In this document: positions 62,994 to 64,000 of the stretch, piece by piece | How positions within the stretch are numbered: the first letter of the stretch is position 1 | How the letters are laid out: the number at the start of each line of letters is the position of its first letter | Origin: Eledone cirrhosa | Taxonomy: Eukaryota | Length of the DNA: 64,000 nucleotides | Assembly: GCA_964016885.1 (NCBI GenBank) | Contig: OZ024747.1 | Span: 30,442,001-30,506,000, forward strand | Direction of reading: 5' to 3' | Notes under the pieces: generated by a model | Databases searched by the model: none | Told to the model about the DNA's origin: nothing | Seen by the model: only the letters and a program-made list of their open reading frames with translations | Translations under genes and position numbers: made by a program

Positions 62994-63654
62994 TTTATAC
63001 TTATATATAAACTATATATAGTTATAAACAGGAAAGGACAGTAGTTTTTATTTTTTACCACCTTATTACTAGTATGAAAATTAGCTCAATGTAAATACAT
63101 CAGATGTATTACAGAGCACGAATATAAAGTTCAAAACAATCAAAACTATGTTCAATACATTTTATTGCTGACAATCGTTTAAATATAATTATCTCGCTAC
63201 ATATACATATCTTAATACTACAAACATTTCTGTACTACACAGCAGCTTTATTTCTGCTTAGATTGTTCACTTAACTATTTATCTGATCCACACTCAACGC
63301 ATCCATCAACGAAACTTTGTTTATGTATATTACACAAGTTGCTTCACAATTTTCACCTTACATCCTACCCATGCATTCCTAACTGCTTAATACCCTATTA
63401 CACCTATATTTTGTAATATCTTTGCCATATTGTGCTATATATATATATACTTAATACCATTGCTTTCTTTCCATATTATTATGTATATGCCTAATACCTC
63501 TACATTCTTATTGTCTGTATGCCTATGTACCACTAATGTCCTCCTTTGCGAGTAACTTTCTTTTAAAATTCTTTTATAATCTTGCTATAATATCCGTTGC
63601 TACTGACCACAACATCTTCACTCTCTTTAAATATGACACTGTTGATAGCAACAA

Positions 63655-64000
63655 TAATAGCAACATATATTTATGATTGTTCTGTAGAACAGGAGGTTAA
63701 TTATATGTTTAAATTTTGCCAATGCTCCGATGACTTCAAATGGCTGTTTGGAAGAAACGATTGTCAGCAATGAAATAAAATGTATCGAACATAGTTTTGA
63801 TTGTTTTGAACTTTATATATATATATATGTATATATATATAAAGTTCAAAACAATCAAAACTATGTTCGATACATTTTATTTCATTGCTGACAATCGTTT
63901 CTTCCAAACAGCCATTTGAAGTCATCGGAGCATTGGCAAAATTTAAACATATAATTAACCTCCTGTTCTACAGAACAATCATAAATATATGTTGCTATTA
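63655..64000. repeat. Perfect palindrome (160-bp arms, runs off window) centred on (TA)n; third partial copy at 63125-63180
   Basis: 63655-63814 is the exact reverse complement of 63841-64000. Confidence 0.95.
63720..63772 (+). ncRNA. Hammerhead motif with U4C core (mirror copy 63883-63935 on - strand)
   Basis: caatgct-CCGATGA-cttcaaat(ggct)gtttggaa-GAAA-cgattg-TC-agcaatg. Confidence 0.65.

Overview
AT-rich, microsatellite-laden eukaryotic (animal) DNA. The SINE families resemble those I associate with octopod cephalopods, but this is not verified. I could not confidently identify any host protein-coding gene; most short ORFs in the track are translated microsatellites or antisense frames of retroelements. 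The window is a retroelement graveyard: an R4/Dong LINE in a (TAA)n target, CRE-like fragments, several RTE LINEs (one near full length with three C2H2 fingers, one with a PHD-like insert), two Tx1/L1-like LINEs, four Naiad-type and one Neptune-like Penelope-like element (PLE) pieces, and many tRNA-derived SINEs. The main unannotated signal is about a dozen short type I hammerhead-ribozyme (HHR) motifs from at least six sequence families, found by eye. They sit in PLE 3' ends and in ORF-less inverted-repeat elements next to (TA)n. Several have non-canonical cores (U3-A8 swap, U4C/U4A, a recurrent C10.1.A11.1 mismatch). One PLE copy ends exactly at the predicted cleavage site. Coordinates and folds were derived manually and need computational confirmation.
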